A program made the position numbers and the translations under genes. Below the pieces are notes generated by a model. That model worked only from the letters and a program-made list of their open reading frames with translations, was not told the DNA's origin and ran no database searches. DNA of 32,356 bases from a virus (taxonomy: Duplodnaviria; Caudoviricetes): the IMG/VR virus record IMGVR_UViG_3300012921_000062, positions 1-32,356 of that record; one strand, 5' to 3'. Positions 18,621 to 26,576 of the stretch are shown here, in pieces; the stretch's first letter is position 1; each line of letters starts with the position of its first letter.

Positions 18621-20726
18621 TCAGTGATAGGAGACTTTGGGGGCACGTTTAGTTTTGGAACGCGGCTCGCCCATGCCCGTGTAGGTGGGCTGGCAGCCGA
18701 GCTCCTCGCCGCCGATCCAGGCGAGTTTCGTGGCATCGAGCCAGTGATTGTCTGCACCGGGACGCAGCAGATATTTCCGCACCTTGCTGCCGTCCGGCCG
18801 TGGTTCATCTATCGGATCCTCGGAGGTCAGGTGATCGCAGAAGCAGCGGTGCTCGGCGTGCTGGGCCTCGAACATGAGCCAGGCCCCGGCCGCTCCCTTG
18901 GGCGTCATGAAGGCGTTGTGCACCTTGGAGATCCACACGGGGCTGTTGACCACGGCGTACCGCACCGGACGTCGACCAGGTGGCGGGACGTAATAATCCT
19001 CGCCCTTCGACCAGCGCGCCCCGCCGCTGGTTTTGCGGGCCGGGTTCGGCATCTTGGATGCCGTGGCCCCCTGGGTGGGAAAGAGCATCGCGGAATACTT
19101 GGACTCACGGCAGAAGCGAAAGACGACGTCGGGCAAATACCCGGCATCGATCACAATCTTTCCCACACGCACGATTTCCGGGGACTCCTCTCGCTGCAGC
19201 TCCATTTTAATGAGCTCCGTCGTGGCCGCGTCCAGGGCCGCATACAGCCGGGCCTTATCGTCGCGCTCGATCTTGTCACGGTCAAACAGGGCTTTTTCAA
19301 TTGTGGGGGAGGCATCCCGCTTGAGAAAGTAGCGGGTGTTCTGTTTTGGCCAGGTGCCATAATCGAGCACGTAGCCGGTCGGGACATGCTCCAGGCCGGC
19401 GATGACCCAGTACAAGAGATCGTCATGGCAATCGAGCCCCGCAGCCACATATTGCACCGGCTGCGGGACGATGCCACGATCGCGGCCGCTGAGACGCTTG
19501 AGCAGATGCTTCACTTCCAGCTTGCGGATATCACAGACCATGCCCGTGGCGGGATCGTTCTGGGCCTCGGCATAGAAGGCCTGGCGATCGCGGAGCCATA
19601 AGTTGATCGCGTGCTGGATGGCTGACACTTCGCCCGGATCGAAGTGTTCTGCCCACGTCTCTTCCGCGAGCGCATCGATGACCTTGCGGTTCTTTTTGTA
19701 GTGCGCGTTGCCCGCGGCTCCCTCGTCTCCGTTGCGGAGCCCTTCCCGCCGCGCTTCGCCGTACTGCCGCCACGGGCCGAGGTCTTTCTCCTCGGCCATA
19801 CGCTTCAGCATCTTGTACCGCCGGCCGCCGTACTCCGGATGGAGATCACGGTTCAGGATCCGGTCCGCCATATCGTTTGGCTTGATCACGGTGCACGGCA
19901 CAATCCCCGACAGCGGCGCGCCGGGCCCAGCCATGCCGAGCACTGCCCCCGCCAGCAGCCCCTCACGCTGATCGTTCTGTTTAGCGCTGGCGGCAGATCG
20001 ATCAGTCTGGGGATCGTCGGCGATGAATAGTGTGGGCCGCACGCGATCGCCATTCGGGAACACATGCGATGTGCCGCGAATCTCCGAGCCCAGCAAACCA
20101 CCACAGCGGATGATGGATCCGCGAAAGCTGGTCCCAGTCAGCGGCGGTAAGATGATCTCGGTGTTGTGGGCACGGACCACGATCCGCTCGCCATTGAAGA
20201 GCGGCTTCCGCTGATTGGTCCCTTCGAGGGACTGGATCGGCAGGCAGACTTCGGGGAAATCCTCTAGCAGGAGCTCGTTGGATTCCAACTCCGTACGCAC
20301 CGCCTTCATCAGATCGACGGCTTTGCCCTTGCTCGCCGCGATCAACATCACGAACCGATGGCCATGGCAGAGGATGGCCCACAAGACCGCCACTTCGCAC
20401 AGGGCTGTCTTGCCACTGCCGCGCGGCATGGCCAGCGACACGATGCCGGTGCCGGTGATGATCCGCTCGAAGTCGGCCATCACTTCCAGATGGTGCGGCC
20501 CCCACTTCTTCGTGAAGCGGGCCGCGAAATAGGTCTCACAGAATTTGCGGAGCGACTTGGTGGCCGCCGCGCGGCGTTTAGGATTTACGACCTTGGGCAG
20601 CGGGCCGATCTCGCGATCTTTCGCCGACTGTTCGCGCTGTCGCTGGCCTTCACGCTCACGTTTGCCGGCATACTTGCGCTGCTGCGGATCCTGCTGGGAA
20701 TCGTTGGCATTGGATCGCTTGGCCAT
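18621..20726 (-). CDS. terL: Terminase large subunit (GpA-type)
   Basis: Walker A MPRGSGKT, Walker B LFIADD, nuclease motifs GLDCH, VIDAGY and DNHWLD. Confidence 0.93.
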   Translation of the reverse strand: MAKRSNANDSQQDPQQRKYAGKREREGQRQREQSAKDREIGPLPKVVNPKRRAAATKSLRKFCETYFAARFTKKWGPHHLEVMADFERIITGTGIVSLAMPRGSGKTALCEVAVLWAILCHGHRFVMLIAASKGKAVDLMKAVRTELESNELLLEDFPEVCLPIQSLEGTNQRKPLFNGERIVVRAHNTEIILPPLTGTSFRGSIIRCGGLLGSEIRGTSHVFPNGDRVRPTLFIADDPQTDRSAASAKQNDQREGLLAGAVLGMAGPGAPLSGIVPCTVIKPNDMADRILNRDLHPEYGGRRYKMLKRMAEEKDLGPWRQYGEARREGLRNGDEGAAGNAHYKKNRKVIDALAEETWAEHFDPGEVSAIQHAINLWLRDRQAFYAEAQNDPATGMVCDIRKLEVKHLLKRLSGRDRGIVPQPVQYVAAGLDCHDDLLYWVIAGLEHVPTGYVLDYGTWPKQNTRYFLKRDASPTIEKALFDRDKIERDDKARLYAALDAATTELIKMELQREESPEIVRVGKIVIDAGYLPDVVFRFCRESKYSAMLFPTQGATASKMPNPARKTSGGARWSKGEDYYVPPPGRRPVRYAVVNSPVWISKVHNAFMTPKGAAGAWLMFEAQHAEHRCFCDHLTSEDPIDEPRPDGSKVRKYLLRPGADNHWLDATKLAWIGGEELGCQPTYTGMGEPRSKTKRAPKVSYH

Positions 20727-20778
20727 CCATCAATCCCCAAAGCCCCGCGGCCGGCAAGAAAGTTTCTCCACCATTGCG

Positions 20779-20838
20779 ACTGTTCCCGCAGGGGGGAGGA
20801 GCCGACCGCCGGGGGAGTACCTTTTGCCCGGCGGTCGG
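20779..20838 (-). other. Candidate packaging (cos-like) site
   Basis: Noncoding gap upstream of terL; minus strand AGGTACT...TGCGGG resembles the lambda cosQ (GGGTCCT)...CGCGGG layout; 12-bp inverted repeat at 20802-20813/20827-20838. Confidence 0.45.
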
Positions 20839-20922
20839 TGGCCGCTGTTGGCGGCCGTCGTGGCCCAGCGGCCCGGGGCGTCGGGCAGTCCCTGCCTCGC
20901 AACACCCCGGGCCGCGCATCGA

Positions 20923-21567
20923 CTAAGCCGTGGTCTTCGAGACCTTCACCTTCGCAGGTGAGACCACGATGGCATCATTACAGCCAGTGACGTTGATGCC
21001 GAGGTTCTTGAGTGTGCCGCGGTTCTTTGGGAACTGCTCCCACACGGCTTTGATGCCGTCCTTGTCGAGTGACGGCGTGAGACGAATGATCTGCTGCAGG
21101 CTGAATACCCCCAGTGTGATCTTCTTCAGCAGGTTCGCCACCAGACTTGGCAGCTTGATCTTCTTCTCGATCGCCGCGACCACGGCCTTTTCATTGACGC
21201 CTTCGCCCAGGGTGACGGCCAGGGGTTGCAGCTTCAGCGAGAGATCCCCGTGAGCCAGCTTCAGCGTTTTGCTGTCGCGGGCGAGATGCTGCTGCAGATG
21301 CTCTTCAGCCCACGCCTGCAAGGCGGTCTCCAGGGCCTCAGCCCGTCTATGCACCGTCGTGCTGGGCACGTCTTCATCAGCTAGCCGCAAAGCAAACAGG
21401 GCCTCTTGCGCGGTCTTCAGCGCTTCGACCTTAGCCTTGGTCTCCGCATCGATGGTGGCAATGCGATGTTGACACCAGCCGAGCTCATGCAGGGCCGCGT
21501 CGACGTCGTCCAGGCTAGTGAGGGTGAATTCGGCCGCGAGAGCAGCCGGGCGGGAGGGGATGGCCAT
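20923..21567 (-). CDS. gam: Mu Gam-like host-nuclease inhibitor / DNA end-binding protein
   Basis: SLDDVDAALHELG helix, coiled coil, LQAWAEEH, SKTLKLAHG.L and LDKDGIK motifs. Confidence 0.8.
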   Translation of the reverse strand: MAIPSRPAALAAEFTLTSLDDVDAALHELGWCQHRIATIDAETKAKVEALKTAQEALFALRLADEDVPSTTVHRRAEALETALQAWAEEHLQQHLARDSKTLKLAHGDLSLKLQPLAVTLGEGVNEKAVVAAIEKKIKLPSLVANLLKKITLGVFSLQQIIRLTPSLDKDGIKAVWEQFPKNRGTLKNLGINVTGCNDAIVVSPAKVKVSKTTA

Positions 21568-21743
21568 CAGAGCTTCCTTGCTTCGATCTGCCCGGTTGGC
21601 CGTGAAAATGATAAACTGCCCCGCTCACATCGTGTGGTGGCATCCGTGCCACGGGGCAGTTCTGTCGACCGAGGGACCGGGTGACATGTTCAGAGCACAA
21701 TCTTGGCGCTCTGCAACTGTCAAGGCCGAACTGTGAGGAAACG

Positions 21744-21929
21744 ATGGCCAGGGCTAAAGCACATAAGAATGTCGCCTTCTCCATTCCGCTTGAAGACTTC
21801 AAGCGGTTGGAACGATACGCGTCAAAGCAACGGCTTTCAAAGAACGCGTTGCTGCTGAGGCAGATCTTCCCACTGCTGGAGACCTTGCGCGAGCTCGATG
21901 AGCAGCAGGAAGATGCTGAGGGTCAATAA
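21744..21929 (+). CDS. Small ribbon-helix-helix DNA-binding protein
   Basis: GAGGA RBS; KNVAFSIP strand followed by two helices; the only credible plus-strand gene, divergent from gam. Confidence 0.6.
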   Translation: MARAKAHKNVAFSIPLEDFKRLERYASKQRLSKNALLLRQIFPLLETLRELDEQQEDAEGQ

Positions 21930-21936
21930 CCCGTAG

Positions 21937-22173
21937 TTACCCGCCCTTTTTCGGTCGGCCCCGGCGGCGCTTCGGGGGGGCGGGCTGTTCGTCATTGCGC
22001 GGCCTGCCCTCAGGCCGCACGGTTTCGAGCAATTCTGGACGTCCCATTTTTTCGCACATCGCTGCGAGGATGTACTGAGACAGGTTGATCCCGTGGGCTT
22101 CGCACCAAACCTCTACAGCTTGGTCGATCGCAGCGGGTACGCGGATGTTGACTTTGCGACTTGGTGGCATCAT
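21937..22173 (-). CDS. Ribbon-helix-helix regulator with C-terminal AT-hook motifs
   Basis: KVNIRVP...GINLSQYI (RHH) and GRP motifs (EGRPR, KRRRGRPKK). Confidence 0.7.
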   Translation of the reverse strand: MMPPSRKVNIRVPAAIDQAVEVWCEAHGINLSQYILAAMCEKMGRPELLETVRPEGRPRNDEQPAPPKRRRGRPKKGG

Positions 22174-22185
22174 GCACATGGTGGC

Positions 22186-23187
22186 TTACTCCGTTTTTGA
22201 TTGCAATTCAGGGGCGGTGGTCCACGGTTGCGGGATCTTGCTCTGCGCGGGCCGCAACACGGTCTCCAGCGACTGGATGTAGTGCGTCCATGTGATCGTC
22301 GATGCGGCCCACTCCTTGGGCAGGGTGTGGCCCAGCAGCATTGACCCTGCGATGGTGTCGACAGCGCTGTAAGCGTTGCCCGCCGTGCGCCTGAGACCTT
22401 GCGCAGTGAATCGCGGCACGTTCGCTGCCTTGCAAATTTCGGTGAGCGTTTTCCGCAGCAGATCAGGCTGATACCTGGTCTTGATCGCGATGAATATCGG
22501 CACATCGGGACCACGATCGGGCAGCGTATCGAGATGATCGATCATGATCTGATTGAGCGGCAACAGCAGCTTTTTCCCGTGTCGCTCGGTCTTATGCGGC
22601 ACGATGCTGATCATCATGTTTTGTCGATCGATCATCGATCGACTCAACCGCTCGGTGAGGTCCCCGTATCGCAAGCCGGTGTTGTACCCAATGACCAGCC
22701 ATGCGCGAAAAAACGCACAAGGATCACAGTCGGGCGGTGCCCACATCGCGTCCTTGCAAGCGCGATAGACTGCGCGGAGATGCTCGGTCGGAATCGGCGG
22801 CTCCACGCGTGTCTCAATCATCAGCTTATCCCCAATCCAGGGGCACGGCCCGATCAGCCCCAGCGCGCGTGGTGTGCTGCTGGTGTTGGGCCCGACGTGC
22901 CTCAGAACGGTGCGCATGAGTGCGATGTGCGTCTCGATCGTGATGGGTTTCATTCCCTTCGCCAGCGCGGCTTCGCGGAATCGATTGAAGTCGGCGGTCG
23001 TGATCTTTCCCGCGCGCTGCTCGCAGCCCACAGCCCGCCAGTGCCCAGCCAAGGTAGGCAGCTTGAGTTGTCGTGCTCGGCTGATCTTGCGTGTCTGTGC
23101 ATGCTGGTAATAGATCGCCACGGCACGATCGACAGTGAGCGCAGGTGTGTAGATTTTGCTGATCATGGAGCGAATGAAATTAAACAC
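22186..23187 (-). CDS. Tyrosine recombinase/integrase
   Basis: TGLRYGDL (R), PHKT (K), AQGLRRT (HxLR variant), LLGHT and TWTHY (Y); start GTG 23187 or ATG 23166. Confidence 0.85.
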   Translation of the reverse strand: MFNFIRSMISKIYTPALTVDRAVAIYYQHAQTRKISRARQLKLPTLAGHWRAVGCEQRAGKITTADFNRFREAALAKGMKPITIETHIALMRTVLRHVGPNTSSTPRALGLIGPCPWIGDKLMIETRVEPPIPTEHLRAVYRACKDAMWAPPDCDPCAFFRAWLVIGYNTGLRYGDLTERLSRSMIDRQNMMISIVPHKTERHGKKLLLPLNQIMIDHLDTLPDRGPDVPIFIAIKTRYQPDLLRKTLTEICKAANVPRFTAQGLRRTAGNAYSAVDTIAGSMLLGHTLPKEWAASTITWTHYIQSLETVLRPAQSKIPQPWTTAPELQSKTE

Positions 23188-23267
23188 GAATGCACCTGAT
23201 AAACAGGGGCATCCGTGCCCGGACTGAGAGAATCGAAACGCTTCAGTGCCCATTTGCTCGGGCTGGG

Positions 23268-23516
23268 TTATTCAATCGGCCTGCCAGGGCGAATCTCGAC
23301 ATTAGTCACGTCACCGTTCACCACGCGCTCGGCGTACCGCAGCAGATTGACCTGCCGCGTGATGGCGTCAACAACTCGCCGTCTTGCGTCGTCGTCAGTG
23401 ATGTAGCTCGGCGATGATGGATAAATCACCAGTCGCTTGATGTGGTCTGCCCACTCGATTGCGTCAGCGATGATTGATTCGAGCCGGTCGCCGTCGATCA
23501 GATGCTTAGTGCTCAT
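23268..23516 (-). CDS. Hypothetical protein
   Basis: ATG 23516 with GGAGAG RBS; 82 aa. Confidence 0.6.
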   Translation of the reverse strand: MSTKHLIDGDRLESIIADAIEWADHIKRLVIYPSSPSYITDDDARRRVVDAITRQVNLLRYAERVVNGDVTNVEIRPGRPIE

Positions 23517-23528
23517 GACGCTCTCCAG

Positions 23529-23554
23529 AAAAAAGGCGGGTGGCTGTCCCCGCC
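23529..23554 (-). terminator. Intrinsic terminator-like hairpin inside the operon
   Basis: Minus strand GGCGGG-GACAGCCA-CCCGCC-TTTTTT. Confidence 0.55.
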
Positions 23555-23574
23555 GTGAGGTGGGGGGCATGCGA

Positions 23575-24147
23575 TCAAACCGGGGTCTGCTCAGACTCAG
23601 GTGAGTCATTGATGTCGCTGACGCAGCGACTCACCAGCGACAGATGATGCAGCGCGTCATCGATCGCCACGCCAGCACACTGCGGGTCGTTGTTGACCCA
23701 CAGGGCCTTTTCCGCGACCAGGGCGTCACGGAGATCGGCCAGGGCCTTGAGCACGCGGTCGCTGGCCTGGCGGGTGGCAGCGACCGCCGCCCCCGCCTTT
23801 GGGCGAACCCTTTCGGCGGGCGTCATCGCCAGCAGCTTGCGCGCTGTGGCAGCCAAGGGACCGACCCATTTCGCGTCGTTGGTCACCTTTTCCCACGACA
23901 CTTCGCCGTCTGGCTGCACCACGCCAATCCCGGAGTTACTTGACTCGTCGACATGCAGGAGCACATCGCCGACGGCCAGTTCCGCCACCGCATCGACCGA
24001 GACGAATTCTCCAAGATAGGCGTAGCCATTGTTGGCGGGAGTGGCCACTTCGGCCAGATTCTTGCACCAGCATTTCCATCCCTTTTTCTGCATCTTTGAT
24101 CGACTGGCGGACGGCCCGGGAATCTTTACTGTGACGAGATTATTCAT
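23575..24147 (-). CDS. Hypothetical protein
   Basis: 190 aa with CAGGA RBS; WCKNL...NNGYAYLGEF segment; function not recognised. Confidence 0.7.
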   Translation of the reverse strand: MNNLVTVKIPGPSASRSKMQKKGWKCWCKNLAEVATPANNGYAYLGEFVSVDAVAELAVGDVLLHVDESSNSGIGVVQPDGEVSWEKVTNDAKWVGPLAATARKLLAMTPAERVRPKAGAAVAATRQASDRVLKALADLRDALVAEKALWVNNDPQCAGVAIDDALHHLSLVSRCVSDINDSPESEQTPV

Positions 24148-24180
24148 GCTGCTTTCCTGATTTTTTGGGAGTTATAAGAG

Positions 24181-24203
24181 GCCCCGGAGCTTGGCTCCGG
24201 GGC
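24181..24203. other. Intergenic 10-bp stem hairpin
   Basis: GCCCCGGAGC-TTG-GCTCCGGGGC. Confidence 0.6.
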
Positions 24204-24218
24204 ACAAGATGGATGAGG

Positions 24219-24644
24219 TTAGGCGAGCCGCAGCCAGTCGCCGGGCACCATCATTGCGACCGGCTGGCCATCACGATCTTTGATGTCGTCGAAGATCACC
24301 GACACGATGAGATTTTCGGCGTCTGTCACAAACTCGACCGTCCCGCTCTTGCCAGCGGCAACATGCGGCGTGATGTGTTCGCAGCCATGCTCCCAGGAAC
24401 GATAAGTGGCTGTTTCACTCAGACACACACGCATACCAGGCACGAAGCCCCCAGTACGGTCAGACTTGTGAATCGCACCGATTCTGGGGCGTTTGTCTGC
24501 GGCACGGGACGAATCAGCGTAGATCTCATACGACCCACCACCCAGGAGGTCGGCCCGTGTGCCACGTGGTGTGCAGCAGAGCACCCAATAGCCAGCGTCG
24601 AGGGCGTCTTGTGCTTCGCGATTGCTGTTCGTAAACTTGCTCAT
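24219..24644 (-). CDS. Hypothetical protein (possible SH3-like C-terminus)
   Basis: GAGGA RBS before MSKF; FVPGMRV...GTVEFV...VIFDD...VPGDWL pattern. Confidence 0.6.
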   Translation of the reverse strand: MSKFTNSNREAQDALDAGYWVLCCTPRGTRADLLGGGSYEIYADSSRAADKRPRIGAIHKSDRTGGFVPGMRVCLSETATYRSWEHGCEHITPHVAAGKSGTVEFVTDAENLIVSVIFDDIKDRDGQPVAMMVPGDWLRLA

Positions 24645-24749
24645 GGTCTCGATCCTCTTCATCAGGGTCTTGATCAGAGCCGCGATCGACTTGTCCTCGA
24701 TCGCGGCTCACTTCATTTCCGCGACTGACTGCCAGTCGCGTTGATGAGG

Positions 24750-24795
24750 TAACTGTACCACAGTTATCGACAGACGCAATATCTGTGGTACAGAT
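24750..24795 (-). promoter_or_regulatory. Sigma70-like promoter flanked by two palindromic operators
   Basis: Minus strand TTGCGT-N16-TACAGT with extended TG; palindromes TAACTGT-ACC-ACAGTTA (24750-24766) and ATCTGT-GGT-ACAGAT (24781-24795). Confidence 0.65.
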
Positions 24796-24868
24796 TTTCT
24801 TGGATTTTCGGGAAGTTGTCAAAAGGCCCGAAAATCAGGGCGTTGGCGGGGCTGCTGCTGATAGTTGG

Positions 24869-25462
24869 TTAGCGTGCGTTGGGCTTGAATTCGACAACCC
24901 ACACCCACGGGTTTTCGCCCCACGATTCCGGCCCGTTGATCAACTCCCACAGCTTCGCGAACGCCCCGCGATTTGAGAGAGACGCAGGGAAACCTGCAAA
25001 TTGAGCACCTTCCGCGATCGCGTCTTCCTCGGTGATGTCTTGGAGCAGTTCCATGCGTACTGAGACGATCTCCAGCGTGATCCGCGACATTCTGCGGGGC
25101 ATGTGAATGGACGGCTTCCACTTGCCCTCTGCCCACATCGGCCGATCGTTGTCTGCTCGATACCACGCGGTCTTCTGATCGTAGATTTCCGGGTGCGGAA
25201 TCGGTCGGTTGCCGGGCATTGGCGACCATGTTTCCCTCACCCACAGTCGGTCACCAGCAGAGCCATATGGGCAGCGGATAACTGTCGGGCATCCAAGCTG
25301 ACGCACGGCCCAAACCGGACCAGTCACTCTCCACTCCTTCGGACGGCCAATGTCCCCGGAGCACATCCAGTGGTACCCAGACCCGGACATCTTGCGCACA
25401 GCCTCAAACGTTTTCCGCATGGTGAAACGAAAACCCTTACCATTCAGGTAAAGGGAAATCAC
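24869..25462 (-). CDS. Conserved phage protein (ASCH/PUA-like family)
   Basis: CPYG..GDRLWVRETW, WKPSIHMPR..SRI.LEI, LQDI...A.AEG and NPWVWVVEF motifs. Confidence 0.8.
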   Translation of the reverse strand: MISLYLNGKGFRFTMRKTFEAVRKMSGSGYHWMCSGDIGRPKEWRVTGPVWAVRQLGCPTVIRCPYGSAGDRLWVRETWSPMPGNRPIPHPEIYDQKTAWYRADNDRPMWAEGKWKPSIHMPRRMSRITLEIVSVRMELLQDITEEDAIAEGAQFAGFPASLSNRGAFAKLWELINGPESWGENPWVWVVEFKPNAR

Positions 25463-26286
25463 GACACAGATGCGGGGACCAGTTCATCCGGGCAACGCCA
25501 CACGATCACGGTTCCGTCTGGCAGTTGGATCTTCCTTGGTGCGATCGCTTCCAGCCTCATCAGCCGATCCACCAGGGCACGATTCATGCGAGCCAGGGCA
25601 CAGGCAATCTGTGCATCAGAGGCTCCCGACTGTTTACCGCCTCTCACGAGAGCATCAGTCTGCTGAAACCGTTCCCACTCGATTTCCCATTCGTCCCGGA
25701 CGCACTCCTCATCTTCGTATTCCCGCACTGAATCCAACTTTTCCGGCTTTCCGGGAATCCGTGAAATCACGGTGGCACCGATCGGCACAACGGCTTTCAG
25801 TCGTTTGATGTCCTGGGCATTCAGCGAACGGTTCTTGTAGTTCTGCTCACCCACCAACAGCACCGTGGGCCGCTGCGACTTGCCGTTGATCTCTTCACAC
25901 AAACCCCGCACATTTGACACCCGGTCGAACATCGCACAGAGCGATTCGGTTCCGTCCGGATGATGAATCCGGATGAAGGGCTTTCGGTGGCGATTACGCA
26001 CGGCTAGGTGATCCACGTCGAGCAGGTCAGTGATCGACATCAGCATGTTCTCAGAGTCCGGGCCGTAGATCACGACAAAGGGCTCTCGCCTCACGGTCAG
26101 GCACCAGCACGCCGCCGCCAACATGATGGTGGTCGTCCCTTGCCCGCGCGGCAGCGAACTGAGTTCCCGCACTTCTCCCGCATTGATCGCGCCCTCAATC
26201 GCGTGCATGTAGTGCAGTTGCTCAGACGTCGACGGCTGGCTGAAGCGGTCGGGCATCGTTGAATGGCAGAATTCCAGAAATGTCAT
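25459..26286 (-). CDS. Truncated, degenerate paralog of the terminase ATPase domain
   Basis: Aligns by eye to terL residues about 58-250; Walker A PRGQGTT and Walker B VLLVGE; no nuclease domain. Confidence 0.75.
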   Translation of the reverse strand: MTFLEFCHSTMPDRFSQPSTSEQLHYMHAIEGAINAGEVRELSSLPRGQGTTTIMLAAACWCLTVRREPFVVIYGPDSENMLMSITDLLDVDHLAVRNRHRKPFIRIHHPDGTESLCAMFDRVSNVRGLCEEINGKSQRPTVLLVGEQNYKNRSLNAQDIKRLKAVVPIGATVISRIPGKPEKLDSVREYEDEECVRDEWEIEWERFQQTDALVRGGKQSGASDAQIACALARMNRALVDRLMRLEAIAPRKIQLPDGTVIVWRCPDELVPASVS

Positions 26287-26576
26287 GACTCGATTCCTTT
26301 CCTGGGTAAGCGACTTTGTTTGCGGGAGTACTCGATCACGCGATCGAGATGGCCCCGCATGAATTCACGGACCTGGCCTTCGTCGAAGCTGGTGGCCTTG
26401 CCAGCGAGGATACGGTTTGCCTGGCTGTCGGCGACCACGTGCGGCGAGTGCGAGAATGTGCCGAAGCCATACGTCCGGGCGGCGGCACAGACCCCGATCA
26501 CGTACAACGCCTGGTCGCGAGGTGACAAGGCGTCGATATCGAGCGACTCGGCCCCGATGAAGGGTGGATCGATCAT
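26283..26576 (-). CDS. Hypothetical protein
   Basis: 97 aa, ATGA-coupled on both sides. Confidence 0.6.
   Translation of the reverse strand: MIDPPFIGAESLDIDALSPRDQALYVIGVCAAARTYGFGTFSHSPHVVADSQANRILAGKATSFDEGQVREFMRGHLDRVIEYSRKQSRLPRKGIES

Noticed and set aside
20585-20905. ORF upstream of and overlapping terL as the small terminase
   Set aside because: Low-complexity Arg/Pro/Ala translation, no HTH, no RBS, and it crosses the cos-like hairpin
20923-21567. Mu-like transposable phage, suggested by gam
   Set aside because: No DDE transposase or MuB ATPase in the window; packaging genes are lambda-type and a tyrosine recombinase is present
21690-21723. TTGACA as the -35 of a gam promoter
   Set aside because: No acceptable -10 hexamer at 16-18 nt spacing; cannot be supported from sequence alone
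24750-24795. LexA/SOS boxes
   Set aside because: Half-sites match CTGT/ACAG but the spacer is 3 nt, not the 8 nt of the E. coli-type box
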